The notes: generated from the letters alone by a model not told the origin. Counted from the stretch's first letter, positions 32,287-42,602 are shown. The stretch: 64,000 bases of DNA from an uncultured Bacteroidota bacterium (GCA_963851385.1 CAWKPE010000013.1:307616-371615), one strand, 5' to 3'. Numbers and translations are program-made.

Positions 32287-33660
32287 ATGAAACCAAGCAT
32301 ACCAAAAGGAACACGTGATTTTGGGCCAACAGAAATGGCCAGGAGAAATTATATTTTTAGTACAATCCGTACTGTGTTTGAATTATATGGGTTTCAGCCC
32401 ATCGAAACTCCGGCAATGGAGAATATTACTACACTTACCGGAAAATATGGAGAAGAAGGAGATCAGCTTATTTTTAAAATACTAAATAGCCGGATATATG
32501 ATTCAAAAAATAAAGAAGAATTACTGAAAGAATTTAATTTAAGTCTTGAAGGTTCCAGAAATTCGGAAATTCTGACCGAGAAAGCACTCAGTTATGATCT
32601 CACCGTTCCATTTGCCAGATACGTTGTGCAACATCAAAACGAAATTACTTTTCCATTTAAACGCTACCAGATTCAACCTGTTTGGCGGGCAGACAGACCG
32701 CAAAAAGGTCGTTACCGTGAATTTTACCAGTGCGATGCTGATATTGTTGGGAGTAAATCTTTATTGAATGAGCTGGAAATAATTCAAATTATAGATTCTG
32801 TATTTCAAAAACTGGGTATTGCTGTAAAAATAAAATTTAATAATCGTAAGATTCTTTCAGGAATTGCTGAATACATAGGATATCCCGAAAAAATAATTGA
32901 TATTACTATTGCGATAGACAAGTTCGAAAAAACAGGATTAGAAAATGTTTTAGAGGAATTGACAATTAAAGGTATCAACAAGAAAGCTTTAAAAGAGCTT
33001 GAAAATATATTATTTATTCAACAGGAAAATAATGATAGAAAATTAAAATTCTTAAAATCTATTCTTTTAGATTCAAAAATTGGAAAGAAAGGTCTTGAGG
33101 AGATACAAACTCTAATGACTTACATAACGCAAACTGTTATTAATGCAGAAATTGGATTTGATTTGTCCTTAGCAAGAGGGTTAAACTATTACACAGGTTC
33201 CATTTTTGAAGTAAAAGCCAAAAATATTGAAATTGGAAGTATTGCCGGAGGAGGCCGCTACGATAATCTTACAGCTGTTTTTGGTTTGGATGGTATTTCT
33301 GGAGTGGGCATTTCTTTCGGTGCTGATCGCATCTATGATGTACTTGATCAAATGAATAAATTTCCATCTAATGTATCTTCAATAGTAAAAGTTTTATTCA
33401 CTAATTTTGGTCAAAAAGAAGAACAATTTTGCTTGCCATTATTAAAAAAACTTAGAGATTCAGGCATAAGTGCAGAGATTTATCCTGAAAATGCCAAAAT
33501 GAAGAAACAAATGAGTTATGCCGATTCAAATAAAATTCCTTTTGTAATAATTGTAGGTGAAACGGAAATTGCTGAAAATAAAGTATCCGTAAAAAATATG
33601 CAAACAGGTGAACAGGTCAAAATTGATATCCAAAACCTAATTCAATATTTAAAAAAATGA
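32287..33660 (+). CDS. hisS: Histidine--tRNA ligase
   Basis: 457-aa ORF with class II motifs ([34 protein letters not shown]) and a C-terminal anticodon-binding domain. Confidence 0.93.
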   Translation: MKPSIPKGTRDFGPTEMARRNYIFSTIRTVFELYGFQPIETPAMENITTLTGKYGEEGDQLIFKILNSRIYDSKNKEELLKEFNLSLEGSRNSEILTEKALSYDLTVPFARYVVQHQNEITFPFKRYQIQPVWRADRPQKGRYREFYQCDADIVGSKSLLNELEIIQIIDSVFQKLGIAVKIKFNNRKILSGIAEYIGYPEKIIDITIAIDKFEKTGLENVLEELTIKGINKKALKELENILFIQQENNDRKLKFLKSILLDSKIGKKGLEEIQTLMTYITQTVINAEIGFDLSLARGLNYYTGSIFEVKAKNIEIGSIAGGGRYDNLTAVFGLDGISGVGISFGADRIYDVLDQMNKFPSNVSSIVKVLFTNFGQKEEQFCLPLLKKLRDSGISAEIYPENAKMKKQMSYADSNKIPFVIIVGETEIAENKVSVKNMQTGEQVKIDIQNLIQYLKK

Positions 33661-35399
33661 ATTTTATTAACATAGAGAAACAAAATCACAGAGTTAAGAA
33701 AAAAGTATTTCTTTGTGTCTTTGTGTCTCTGTGTTTAATTCTTTTTATTACCAACTCTATTTCCCAGGAAACCAAAACTTCGCAAATTAATAAAGCCAAA
33801 GAAATCCTAAACGATAGGGGAGAAGTGGTTCTGAAATTTACCAAACCTTCAAATATATCATTATCCCAATTGAGCAAGATGATATCTATTGATAAGGTAA
33901 AACACGATACAATATATGGCTATTTAAATCGTAGAGAATTTGAAGTCTTTCTCAAGTTTGGAATTGATTTTATTGTGATAGAACCTCCTTTAGTACAAAT
34001 GACTTTAAAATCAATCGGCTCGGTTTGGAATTGGAACCAATATCCAACTTATAGTGAATATGTATCAATGATGGACAGCTTTGCACAAACTTATCCTTCG
34101 CTTTGTAAAATTATTAATGCTGGTAGCAGTGTTAAAGGGCATAGTATCATTTTCGCCAGGATTTCATCTGATACCACCAAAATTAAGCCGGCAGTGATGT
34201 ATTCTTCATCCATGCATGGTAATGAACTGGGAGGTTATGTTATGATGCTCAGGTTTATTGACTTCCTTCTTACGAATTACAATTTAAACTCTGAAGTTAA
34301 AACGCTTGTTGATAGTCTTGATATATGGATCAACCCGTTAGCTAATCCTGATGGCGCTTATAAAGGTGGGGACAATACTGTTTTCTTATCAACCAGATTA
34401 AACGCAGACAGCGTTGATCTGAACAGGAATTTTCCTGACCCGGTCATGGGTGATCATCCTGACGGTAATAGCTACCAGCCCGAAACCAATGCTATGATGA
34501 ATCTGATGAATAAATATCATTTTATATTATCTGCAAATTTTCATGCCGGAGATGAGGTCGTGAATTATCCTTGGGATTCAAGCCCTACTATGCATCCGGA
34601 TAGTATGTGGTTCAGGTATATTTCACAGGAATATGCTGATTCTGCTCATACTTATGGTCGTCCTGGCTATTTTACCGAAGTTGATCCAAGCGGCATTATT
34701 GATGGATATGCCTGGTATGCCGTTTATGGCGGACGTCAGGATTATATGACTTATTTTCATCATGGCCGTGAAGTGACCATAGAACTTGATGTTACAAAAA
34801 TGACACCGGAAAACGAGTTAAACAATCTTTGGAATTACAACTACCGATCATTTTTGCATTATCTGGAACAGGGCATGTATGGTGTTCGTGGTACAATTAC
34901 TGATTCCATTAGCCATAATGCAATTAAAGCTGAGATCGAATTGATAGATCATGACAATGACTCTTCTGTGATTTGTTCCGATTCACTTTCAGGAAAGTAT
35001 TACAGATTAATTAATACCGGAACCTATAACATAAGATTTTTATCTCCGGGTTATTATATAAAGGAAATTCAAAATGTTGCTGTTAATAACAGACAGATAA
35101 CCTGGTTAGATGTGGCTTTAAAACCATGGAATGAATCAGTTTCAACTCAAAAAAGCGAATTAAATATTTCTTTATTCCCTAATCCATGTACCCACTTTCT
35201 TAACATTAGAAGTTCAGAGAATTCGATAACAAATGCAGGAATTATCATTTATGATGTAACAGGAAAAATTATTTTATCCTTAGAAAAATTTGATTTAAAC
35301 AGCCAATTAGATCTAAGCAATCTGCAAACAGGAACTTACTTTTTACAATTCAAAACCAGTGCAGCCAATTGTCAGAAAGTTTTGGTTGTAAAACATTAG
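33657..35399 (+). CDS. M14 family zinc carboxypeptidase with type IX secretion C-terminal sorting domain
   Basis: M14 motifs ([24 protein letters not shown]), a carboxypeptidase-regulatory-like domain, and a Por-secretion tail ([12 protein letters not shown] ... VLVVKH). The start overlaps the hisS stop (ATGA); the exact start is uncertain. Confidence 0.85.
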   Translation: MNFINIEKQNHRVKKKVFLCVFVSLCLILFITNSISQETKTSQINKAKEILNDRGEVVLKFTKPSNISLSQLSKMISIDKVKHDTIYGYLNRREFEVFLKFGIDFIVIEPPLVQMTLKSIGSVWNWNQYPTYSEYVSMMDSFAQTYPSLCKIINAGSSVKGHSIIFARISSDTTKIKPAVMYSSSMHGNELGGYVMMLRFIDFLLTNYNLNSEVKTLVDSLDIWINPLANPDGAYKGGDNTVFLSTRLNADSVDLNRNFPDPVMGDHPDGNSYQPETNAMMNLMNKYHFILSANFHAGDEVVNYPWDSSPTMHPDSMWFRYISQEYADSAHTYGRPGYFTEVDPSGIIDGYAWYAVYGGRQDYMTYFHHGREVTIELDVTKMTPENELNNLWNYNYRSFLHYLEQGMYGVRGTITDSISHNAIKAEIELIDHDNDSSVICSDSLSGKYYRLINTGTYNIRFLSPGYYIKEIQNVAVNNRQITWLDVALKPWNESVSTQKSELNISLFPNPCTHFLNIRSSENSITNAGIIIYDVTGKIILSLEKFDLNSQLDLSNLQTGTYFLQFKTSAANCQKVLVVKH

Positions 35400-35491
35400 A
35401 AATCTTAAAATCTGATAAAAAAAAGAACAATGCTATTTTTTTGTCATACCCTATTTTTTACCTATTCATTAAGATGATAATCATTATAAGT

Positions 35492-35620
35492 GCATCTCTA
35501 ATAACAAAATTTCAGAATTAACAGATGCAGGTTTCATGATACAGGATGTAGTGATATAAGGCTTTTTCTTGCATCCTGCATCCTGTATCTTTTAATGAAA
35601 AATGAGTTTTTAGAAGTTCC
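35492..35620 (+). repeat. 129-nt conserved structured element, copy 1, with terminator-like hairpin; lies upstream of the thioesterase gene
   Basis: About 88 percent identical by eye to 45567-45695 in the same orientation. The 14-bp stem is GATACAGGATGTAG (35538-35551) / CTGCATCCTGTATC (35576-35589), followed by TTTT. The hairpin ends 83 nt before the ATG at 35672. Confidence 0.6.
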
Positions 35621-35671
35621 TATAATATCATGAAAACTTCTATTTTTGTACTTCATTAAATATGTTTAATT

Positions 35672-36100
35672 ATGAATTACATATATGAGTTGCCTTTTAA
35701 AGTAAGAGATTATGAATGCGATATTCAAGGCGTAGTAAATAATTCGGTATATCAGAACTATCTGGAGCATACCCGTCATGAATTTCTGGAACACGTTGGT
35801 CTTAATTTTGCCAAATTGCATGAAGACGGTATCGACGCTTTGGTTATACGTATTGAAATTGATTATAAATTTCCATTAAAAAGTGGCGACCAGTTTGTTT
35901 GTAAACTAAACACAGCAAGAGAAGGAAACCTGAAATTTATTTTCCTTCAGGATATTTTTCGTATCCCTGATAATAAATTGATCGTTAAGGCAAAAGTAAT
36001 TGCAGCATGCATAAATAATAAAACAGGAAGACCAATTGCCCCAACGGAACTTGTAAATGTTTTCAATAAATTTTCGTTACCTGTAAATACAACAAGTTAA
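35672..36100 (+). CDS. Acyl-CoA thioesterase, 4HBT/YbgC family
   Basis: 142-aa hotdog-fold pattern: VRDYECDIQGVVNNSVYQNYLEHTRHEFL with the catalytic Asp context. Confidence 0.85.
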   Translation: MNYIYELPFKVRDYECDIQGVVNNSVYQNYLEHTRHEFLEHVGLNFAKLHEDGIDALVIRIEIDYKFPLKSGDQFVCKLNTAREGNLKFIFLQDIFRIPDNKLIVKAKVIAACINNKTGRPIAPTELVNVFNKFSLPVNTTS

Positions 36101-36183
36101 ACTACGATTTATAAAACATTGTTCTTGCAATACTGATTCTAGCTGTTGCCTTAAAGCTTAAAAAAACAGTTTAAAATATTTTA

Positions 36184-36399
36184 TTAAGTATAATATCCGA
36201 CCTTTTTATTTATAATTTCGATAGGAAGTGTTCCAAAATTTACTTTAAAGCATTTGGTAAAATATGAGGGAGAAGTAAATCTGGCCAATAATGATACTTC
36301 AATAATTATAATCGCTTAGGTTTCGAGTATTTTTTTTACTGTTTTCAACCGGATTACTTTTATATAATCATTTCCCTTTTTTATGATAAATTTCCAGAT
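36184..36399 (-). pseudogene. AraC-family transcriptional regulator remnant (C-terminal HTH only, with an in-frame stop)
   Basis: Minus-strand translation gives WKFIIKKGNDYIKVIRLKTVKKILET*AIIIIEVSLLARFTSPSYFTKCFKVNFGTLPIEIINKK. This matches the second half of an AraC HTH_18 domain. Only about 70 codons remain, with an internal TAA and no upstream sensor domain. Confidence 0.5.
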
Positions 36400-36553
36400 T
36401 TATTTAATTTGTCAATTTTCTTTATTTACATTTCATTATTAAGATACAGCAGTTTTTAATTCATTAAATTTGAAAAATAATTAACAGATGCACAATTACC
36501 AGGGTGAATTTTTCTAATAAATATTAAAGAATAATATTTAAAATGTAATATTA

Positions 36554-38740
36554 ATGAAAAGAATTATTGTAGTTACATTGGTTTTTTTTCTTTTGATCTC
36601 ATCATATATTTATGGACAATCACAAGTTATTTATCTTGATACTTCTCAACCCATCGAAGTGAGAGTGAATGATCTAATTTCAAAATTGACACTTGAGGAA
36701 AAAGTATCACAGATGATGCATCGCAGTCCTGCAATACCTAGATTGAATATGCCTGCATACAATTGGTGGAACGAATGTTTACATGGTGTGGCTCGCTCCG
36801 GCACTGCAACTGTTTTTCCTCAGTCAATAGGTTTGGGTGCAACATTTGATGATGATCTGATTTTTAGAATTGGAACAGCCGTATCCGATGAAGCAAGAGC
36901 TATGTATAATGCTTCAATAAAGAAAGGATATTATGATCATTACGCAGGATTGACTTTTTGGACGCCTAATATCAATATATTTCGAGATCCCCGGTGGGGC
37001 AGAGGACAGGAAACTTATGGGGAAGATCCATTTCTTACATCAAAACTTGGAGTTTCATATGTTAAAGCCTTGCAGGGTAATAATCCTAAATACCTTAAAA
37101 TTGCAGCTTGTGCGAAACATTTTGCAGTTCATAGTGGTCCTGAAAAGTTGCGTCACGAATTTAATGCGAAGGTAAGTGATAAAGACCTGTATGAAACCTA
37201 TCTTCCCGCATTTAAGGCGCTTGTTGATGCAAATGTTGAAGCTGTGATGTGTGCGTATAATCGAACCAATGATACGCCTTGTTGTGGCAATAATCTTTTA
37301 TTAAAGCAAATACTTAGAGATAAATGGAATTTTAAGGGTCATATTGTTTCTGATTGCTGGGCACTCAGCGATATAGATACAAGACACAAAGTTACAAAAA
37401 ACAAGGTTGAATCAGCTGCTTTGGCTTTGAAAAGCGGAGTTAATCTTAATTGTGGAGATACTTATGATCCTTATTTGATAGATGCTGTAAAACTAGGATT
37501 GGTTACCGAGAAAGAAATAGATCAATCTCTATCCATCCTATTAAAAACGAAATTCAAATTGGGAATGTTTGATCCACCTGAGAAAAATCCGTACAATTCT
37601 ATTCCTGTAAGCGTAATTAATTCTGAAGAAAACAGGCAGCTTGCACGTGAAGCGGCTTTAAAATCTGTTGTACTGTTGAAGAACAGTAAGAATGTACTTC
37701 CTTTGAAGAAAGATATCAGATTGCTTTATCTTACTGGACCAAATGCAACAAGCCTTGAAGTATTATTAGGAAATTATTATGGTGTCAACAATAAAATGAC
37801 TACCATTTTGGAGGGTTTTGCTGGGAAAATTGCTCCTGGAAGCCAATTGCAGTATGAACAAGGTTGTTTGTTGGACAGACCCAATGTTAATCCTATTGAT
37901 TGGGCATCAAGTCATGCTGAGGATGCCGATGCAGTTGTTGTGGTATTGGGAATATCTGGTCTGCTTGAAGGTGAAGAAGGCGAATCTATAGCTTCCGAAT
38001 ATTATGGTGATAGGTTGGATTATAATATTCCTAAAAACCAAATTGATTATTTGAAAAAATTAAAAGTGGTAAATAAGCCTCTTATTGTCATTATTACTGG
38101 TGGTAGTCCTATGAATCTATCGGAAGTGCATGAGTTAGCTGATGCTATATTATTAGTTTGGTATCCAGGTGAAGAAGGTGGTAATGCTGTTGCTGATATT
38201 GTGTTTGGAGATGTTTCACCTTCAGGAAAACTGCCTGTCACTTTTCCAAAATCATTTGATCAACTACCTCCTTACGAAGATTACTCTATGGAAGGTCGTA
38301 CCTATAGGTACATGAAAGAAGAGCCTATGTATCCCTTTGGTTTCGGGTTGAGCTATACGCAATTTGAATATTCAAATTTAAAATTATCTAAAGAAAAACT
38401 AAGAAAAGATCAATCTCTTGATGCTGTTGTTACTGTAGCAAACACTGGCAATTATAAAAGCGATGAAGTTGTTCAATTGTATATATGCAATATGAATTCT
38501 GAACATAAAGCACCACTTATAGCGCTAAAGGGTTTTAAGAGAATTACTCTTAAGCCAAATGAAGTAACTAATATCAAGTTCGTCATAACTCCTGAAATGT
38601 TAACTTATGTGGATGACAAAGGAAAAACATGTACAGCTTCTGGCAAATATAAAGTATTTATTGGTGGTTCACTTCCTTGTAAAAGAAGTGAAACTTTGGG
38701 GATAGGAAAGCCTCAGGAAAAAGAGTTTCTGGTTAAATAA
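36554..38740 (+). CDS. Glycoside hydrolase family 3 (beta-glucosidase/beta-xylosidase, BglX-like)
   Basis: 728-aa ORF with a signal peptide, GH3 N-terminal motifs (RDPRWGRGQETYGEDP, KHFAVHSGPE, VSDCWA), the C-terminal domain and an Fn3-like end. Confidence 0.9.
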   Translation: MKRIIVVTLVFFLLISSYIYGQSQVIYLDTSQPIEVRVNDLISKLTLEEKVSQMMHRSPAIPRLNMPAYNWWNECLHGVARSGTATVFPQSIGLGATFDDDLIFRIGTAVSDEARAMYNASIKKGYYDHYAGLTFWTPNINIFRDPRWGRGQETYGEDPFLTSKLGVSYVKALQGNNPKYLKIAACAKHFAVHSGPEKLRHEFNAKVSDKDLYETYLPAFKALVDANVEAVMCAYNRTNDTPCCGNNLLLKQILRDKWNFKGHIVSDCWALSDIDTRHKVTKNKVESAALALKSGVNLNCGDTYDPYLIDAVKLGLVTEKEIDQSLSILLKTKFKLGMFDPPEKNPYNSIPVSVINSEENRQLAREAALKSVVLLKNSKNVLPLKKDIRLLYLTGPNATSLEVLLGNYYGVNNKMTTILEGFAGKIAPGSQLQYEQGCLLDRPNVNPIDWASSHAEDADAVVVVLGISGLLEGEEGESIASEYYGDRLDYNIPKNQIDYLKKLKVVNKPLIVIITGGSPMNLSEVHELADAILLVWYPGEEGGNAVADIVFGDVSPSGKLPVTFPKSFDQLPPYEDYSMEGRTYRYMKEEPMYPFGFGLSYTQFEYSNLKLSKEKLRKDQSLDAVVTVANTGNYKSDEVVQLYICNMNSEHKAPLIALKGFKRITLKPNEVTNIKFVITPEMLTYVDDKGKTCTASGKYKVFIGGSLPCKRSETLGIGKPQEKEFLVK

Positions 38741-38799
38741 ACAGAGTAAATCTTTTGGTTGAGTTATTACAATTTTCCATTTCTTGTACCAAATAAAGA

Positions 38800-38836
38800 G
38801 AAAAGTGTTTCGGTTTTTGAGACACTTTCTTTTTTA
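38800..38836 (+). terminator. Rho-independent terminator after the GH3 gene
   Basis: Stem GAAAAGTGTTTC (38800-38811) / GAGACACTTTC (38819-38829), with one G-U pair and one bulge, followed by TTTTTT. Confidence 0.65.
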
Positions 38837-38954
38837 ATAGATTAATTGTCACTTTCAGGCAGACATACTGCTCATTCGTGATTCTTCTTTAGAAGATTGT
38901 CAGAATTTATGATATAAAAAAAGACAGTACTTGGATTAAGTCTGTCTTTCATTG

Positions 38955-39028
38955 TGACCCCAGAGGGATTCAAACCCCCGACTTTCAGAACCGGAATCTG
39001 ACGTTCTATTCAGCTGAACTATGGGGCC
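38955..39028 (-). tRNA. tRNA-Arg (anticodon CCG)
   Basis: Minus strand reads GGCCCCATAGTTCAGCTGAATAGAACGTCAGATTCCGGTTCTGAAAGTCGGGGGTTTGAATCCCTCTGGGGTCA. It folds as a cloverleaf with a 7-bp acceptor stem, D arm GTTC/GAAC and T arm GGGGG-TTTGAAT-CCCTC. Anticodon stem TCAGA/TCTGA, loop TTCCGGT. No encoded CCA. Confidence 0.9.
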
Positions 39029-39277
39029 GGAATAATTGATAATTGTTGATTAATAATTGAAAGTAATAATCTCAATTTTCAGTAGACAAAATTAAAAAAA
39101 ATTCTCTTGTTTTAATTTTATTATATGATTGCTTATTTATATGGAAATATATAGAATTCCAGATTAAATTGCATATCGCTATTTTTTTCAATAAATTGCA
39201 ATTCTACCGTAGTGCAGAAAATTTATTTGACATGCATAGATACGGTTATTTGCATGTTTTAACTTAACTAATTCTAT

Positions 39278-39958
39278 ATGAAAAATTCAATTTTAATTAG
39301 TGCAATTTTATTTCTTTTTTTGTTTTCAATTTCATGTGGAAATAAAGTCAAGAAACAAGAACAAAAGCAAAAACAAAAATCTGATTCTACTGCAACTATT
39401 GTTACTGCTCAAGCTTCGATAATTAAAAAGTACGGCATTAAATCAGGTATTATTCACTTTGAGACCACAAATAATCTGAGTAATATTAAAATTGAAAATA
39501 TAGTTTATTTTGATGATTATGGTGCAAAAGAAGCAAAAGAAACATATGTAAATGGAGTATTGAATGACAAAGTTGTAAATAAAAATGACGGTTGGTTATA
39601 TCAAATTAATTTAAAACAGAAATCGGGCCGTAAATCTGAATCAGCAGGAGAAAGTGGAACGGAAATAAAATTTAATAGTGGTGAATTTTGGACACCGGAA
39701 CAAAAAAAGGTACAAAAGTTTAATATAGGACACGGTGAAACTGTTTGTGGGAAGGAATGTAATGTATTTACAACTGATGATGGTAATATTAAATCGAAAT
39801 TTGCAGGATGGAAAGGCATCACCATGTTACTTGAAACAAGCACGTATAATGGTAAAATGAAATTTACTACTAGCAATAAAGCTGTTAAAATTGAAGAAAA
39901 CGTTTTTATTCCTAAGAAAGCTTTTGAAATACCCGTAGATATTAATATGTATCAATAG
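39278..39958 (+). CDS. Hypothetical lipoprotein
   Basis: Signal peptide with lipobox (LFLFSISCG) and a Lys/Gln-rich linker. No recognised family. Ends 3 nt before the YafY-type regulator gene. Confidence 0.6.
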   Translation: MKNSILISAILFLFLFSISCGNKVKKQEQKQKQKSDSTATIVTAQASIIKKYGIKSGIIHFETTNNLSNIKIENIVYFDDYGAKEAKETYVNGVLNDKVVNKNDGWLYQINLKQKSGRKSESAGESGTEIKFNSGEFWTPEQKKVQKFNIGHGETVCGKECNVFTTDDGNIKSKFAGWKGITMLLETSTYNGKMKFTTSNKAVKIEENVFIPKKAFEIPVDINMYQ

Positions 39959-39961
39959 TCC

Positions 39962-40909
39962 ATGAACCGCATTGACAGGCTTGTAGCAATTCTGATTCAT
40001 CTGCAAAGTAAAAAAATTATTACTGCCCGAGAAATTGCGGATCGTTTTGAAATAAGCCTGCGCACTGTTTATCGCGATGTAAGAGCACTTGAAGAATCGG
40101 GTGTTCCAATTGGAGCTGAAGCCGGGAAAGGTTATTTTATTACTGAAGGCTATTCACTTCCGCCTGTTATGTTTTCGCGCGATGAAGCCGTTTCAATGCT
40201 GACCGCTGAGAAAATGATTGAAAAGCTTACGGATAAATCACTTGTTGAGAATTATCAATCAGCAATGTTTAAGATCAAATCCGTACTTCGAAGTGCTGAA
40301 AAAGAATACCTTGAAAAACTTGATTCTCATATTTATGTCATTCAACCACCTTCTTTTAGCCAGGAGATATTTCCCAATAATTATCTTTCATTAGTTCAGC
40401 ATGCACTTACGAATAAACAGGTTTTACAAATTGAATACTATTCTGCTTCTGGAAAAGAATATAGCAATCGTAATATTGAACCTGTAGGTTTATGTTTTTA
40501 TGGTAGCCGCTGGCATTTGATAGCTTTTTGCAAATTGCGCGATGAATATCGTGATTTTAGAATTGACAGGATGCGAATGATGCAAACTACAGGTGAATTT
40601 TTTTCAAAACAACATCTTTCTATAAAGGACTATTTTCCTTCTTTAAATAATAACAAAAAATTCCAGTCTGTTGTAATTCAATTTCCTGTTGAAGTAGCTA
40701 AAGAACTTAATGAACAAAAATATTATTACGGTTTTATTGGAGAGAAACCGGTCGGAAAATTGGTTGAAATGACATTCTTGGTTGATTCTTTTGATTGGAT
40801 AGGTCATTGGGTTTTGGCATTAGGCGATAAAACAATTGTTAAAGAACCTGGAAACTTTATTGATTTTTTAAAACAAAAAGTTGAAGCACTTGCAAAATAT
40901 TACTTATAA
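39962..40909 (+). CDS. YafY family transcriptional regulator (N-terminal HTH plus WYL domain)
   Basis: MNRIDRLVAILIHLQSKKIITAREIADRFEISLRTVYRDVRALEESGVPI (HTH_11/DeoR-like). The WYL region is NRNIEPVGLCFYGSRWHLIAFCKLRDEYRDFRIDRM. Confidence 0.88.
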   Translation: MNRIDRLVAILIHLQSKKIITAREIADRFEISLRTVYRDVRALEESGVPIGAEAGKGYFITEGYSLPPVMFSRDEAVSMLTAEKMIEKLTDKSLVENYQSAMFKIKSVLRSAEKEYLEKLDSHIYVIQPPSFSQEIFPNNYLSLVQHALTNKQVLQIEYYSASGKEYSNRNIEPVGLCFYGSRWHLIAFCKLRDEYRDFRIDRMRMMQTTGEFFSKQHLSIKDYFPSLNNNKKFQSVVIQFPVEVAKELNEQKYYYGFIGEKPVGKLVEMTFLVDSFDWIGHWVLALGDKTIVKEPGNFIDFLKQKVEALAKYYL

Positions 40910-41023
40910 TTTTTTCCTGCTGACATAGGGCTGTCACTTTACCAAATTATTTTTATTTCAAAATTAATTATGACTTACTTTTAAAAATGAAAATAATTTC
41001 TGTTATTCATAAAACTTTATATT

Positions 41024-41374
41024 ATGGAAAAGCAAATCACAAGTGATGTTAAATTAATAGCCTTTTGCGGTCTTTATTGTGGAGCTTGTCGCTCTTATTT
41101 AAAAGGTAAATGTCCCGGATGCGTTGAAAATACCAAAGCAACATGGTGTCAAATCCGTTCGTGTTGCATTGAAAACAACTATAAAAGTTGTGCCGATTGC
41201 AAGCAATTCAGCAATGTAAATGAATGTAAAAAATATAATAATTTCATTGCGAAAATTTTTGGTTTTGTTTTTCGATCAAACAGAGCAGCATGTATAACAT
41301 TAATAAAAGAAAAGGGATATGATGGCTTTGCCGGTTATATGACCAATAATAAATTAATGACAATTAAAAAATAA
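41024..41374 (+). CDS. DUF3795-like cysteine-rich protein
   Basis: 116 aa with the Cys pattern CGLYCGAC...CPGC...WC.IR.CC...C..C typical of DUF3795. Confidence 0.7.
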   Translation: MEKQITSDVKLIAFCGLYCGACRSYLKGKCPGCVENTKATWCQIRSCCIENNYKSCADCKQFSNVNECKKYNNFIAKIFGFVFRSNRAACITLIKEKGYDGFAGYMTNNKLMTIKK

Positions 41375-42367
41375 ATGAAAATGAAATACAGAAAACTTGG
41401 AAGAACAGGTTTTGAAATTTCCGAAATCAGTTTGGGCACGTGGCAAGTCGGAGGCAAATGGGGCGATTCATTCAGCCATGAAAATGCTGATCGTATTCTC
41501 AATACTGCTGCTGACTCAGGTATTAATTTTATTGATACTGCAGATGTTTATGGCGATGGCGAAAGCGAAAAAGCTGTCGGAAAGTTTGTCCGTTCCAGGA
41601 AAGAACGGATTTATGTAGCTACTAAGTGTGGAAGAAAATTAAATCCTCATGTCAACACAACATACCAGCCGGAAGTATTAAGAAAATTTGTCGAAGACAG
41701 CCTTAGAAATATGGGATTGGAAACACTTGATCTTATTCAATTGCATTGCCCTCCTGCTGAAGTATATTACCGGGGTGAAATTTTTGAATTCTTTGATCAG
41801 CTTAAAAAGGAAGGAAAAATATTAAATCTGGGCGTTAGTGTTGAGAAAGTTGAAGAAGCTTTAAAAGCAATTGAGTTTCCCAATGTTACTTCCGTTCAGA
41901 TTATTTTCAATATGTTTCGTCAACGGCCAGCTGAACTATTTTTTAAAGAAGCGAAAAAACGAGATATAGGAATTATAGTAAGGGTGCCATTGGCCAGTGG
42001 ATTACTTACCGGCAAATTTGATAAAACCACATCTTTTAATCCAGGCGATCATAGGAATTTTAACCGCAATGGTACTTCATTCGATCAGGGTGAAACTTTT
42101 TCAGGTATTGATTATGAAACAGGACTTGATGCGGTCAATGATCTTAAAAAATTATTTCCTGATGATTTTAATCTTGCACCGGTAGCTTTGAAATGGATTC
42201 TAATGTTTGATGAAGTGAGTTGTGTCATTCCAGGTGCATCGCGGCCTGAACAGGTTGGATCAAATCTCCAGGCATTGAATATACCTGATTTGAATAATAA
42301 ACAATTGAAAAGTATTGAATCCATTTATGCAAAGAAAATTAAGCAACAAGTTCATCAGAGATGGTAA
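41375..42367 (+). CDS. Aldo/keto reductase
   Basis: 330-aa ORF with an AKR pattern (YRKLGRTGFEISEISLGTW, INFIDTADVYGDGESE, IPGASRPEQV). Starts immediately after the DUF3795 stop. Confidence 0.88.
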   Translation: MKMKYRKLGRTGFEISEISLGTWQVGGKWGDSFSHENADRILNTAADSGINFIDTADVYGDGESEKAVGKFVRSRKERIYVATKCGRKLNPHVNTTYQPEVLRKFVEDSLRNMGLETLDLIQLHCPPAEVYYRGEIFEFFDQLKKEGKILNLGVSVEKVEEALKAIEFPNVTSVQIIFNMFRQRPAELFFKEAKKRDIGIIVRVPLASGLLTGKFDKTTSFNPGDHRNFNRNGTSFDQGETFSGIDYETGLDAVNDLKKLFPDDFNLAPVALKWILMFDEVSCVIPGASRPEQVGSNLQALNIPDLNNKQLKSIESIYAKKIKQQVHQRW

Positions 42368-42452
42368 TTAAAGTGTGCTTTTTCTTTTAATTTTTAAAAT
42401 GCTTCTATCTGAATTTTATCTATTATAATAATATTTTTTGCACATCTTCAAC

Positions 42453-42575
42453 CAATGTCGTTTAGTTAAGCAGTTTTATATCATTGGTTATACTTCGACA
42501 AGCTCAGTATGACCTCATTTTATTGTCACCCTGAGCTTGTCGAAGGGTATTTCGTTCCTTAATTAAACGACATTG
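42453..42575 (+). mobile_element. 123-bp MITE, copy 2 (18-bp TIRs, 10-bp target-site duplication)
   Basis: TIRs CAATGTCGTTTAGTTAAG (42453-42470) and CTTAATTAAACGACATTG (42558-42575), matching 17 of 18 when one is reverse-complemented. Flanking direct repeats are CATCTTCAAC (42443-42452) and CATCTTCATC (42576-42585). Inverted relative to copy 1. Confidence 0.85.
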
Positions 42576-42602
42576 CATCTTCATCTATTAAAAATTCACT
42601 TA

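Noticed and set aside
38955-39028. tRNA-Arg as an integration site for a prophage or integrative element
   Set aside because: There is no integrase and no direct repeat of the tRNA 3' end in the window. The gene downstream of the tRNA 3' end is an ordinary GH3 gene.
16081-42575. 26-kb segment between the inverted MITE copies as a composite transposon or genomic island
   Set aside because: The interior is core metabolism (gltA, purF, hisS, ettA, UbiD) with no transposase. Each MITE has its own different TSD, which indicates independent insertions.
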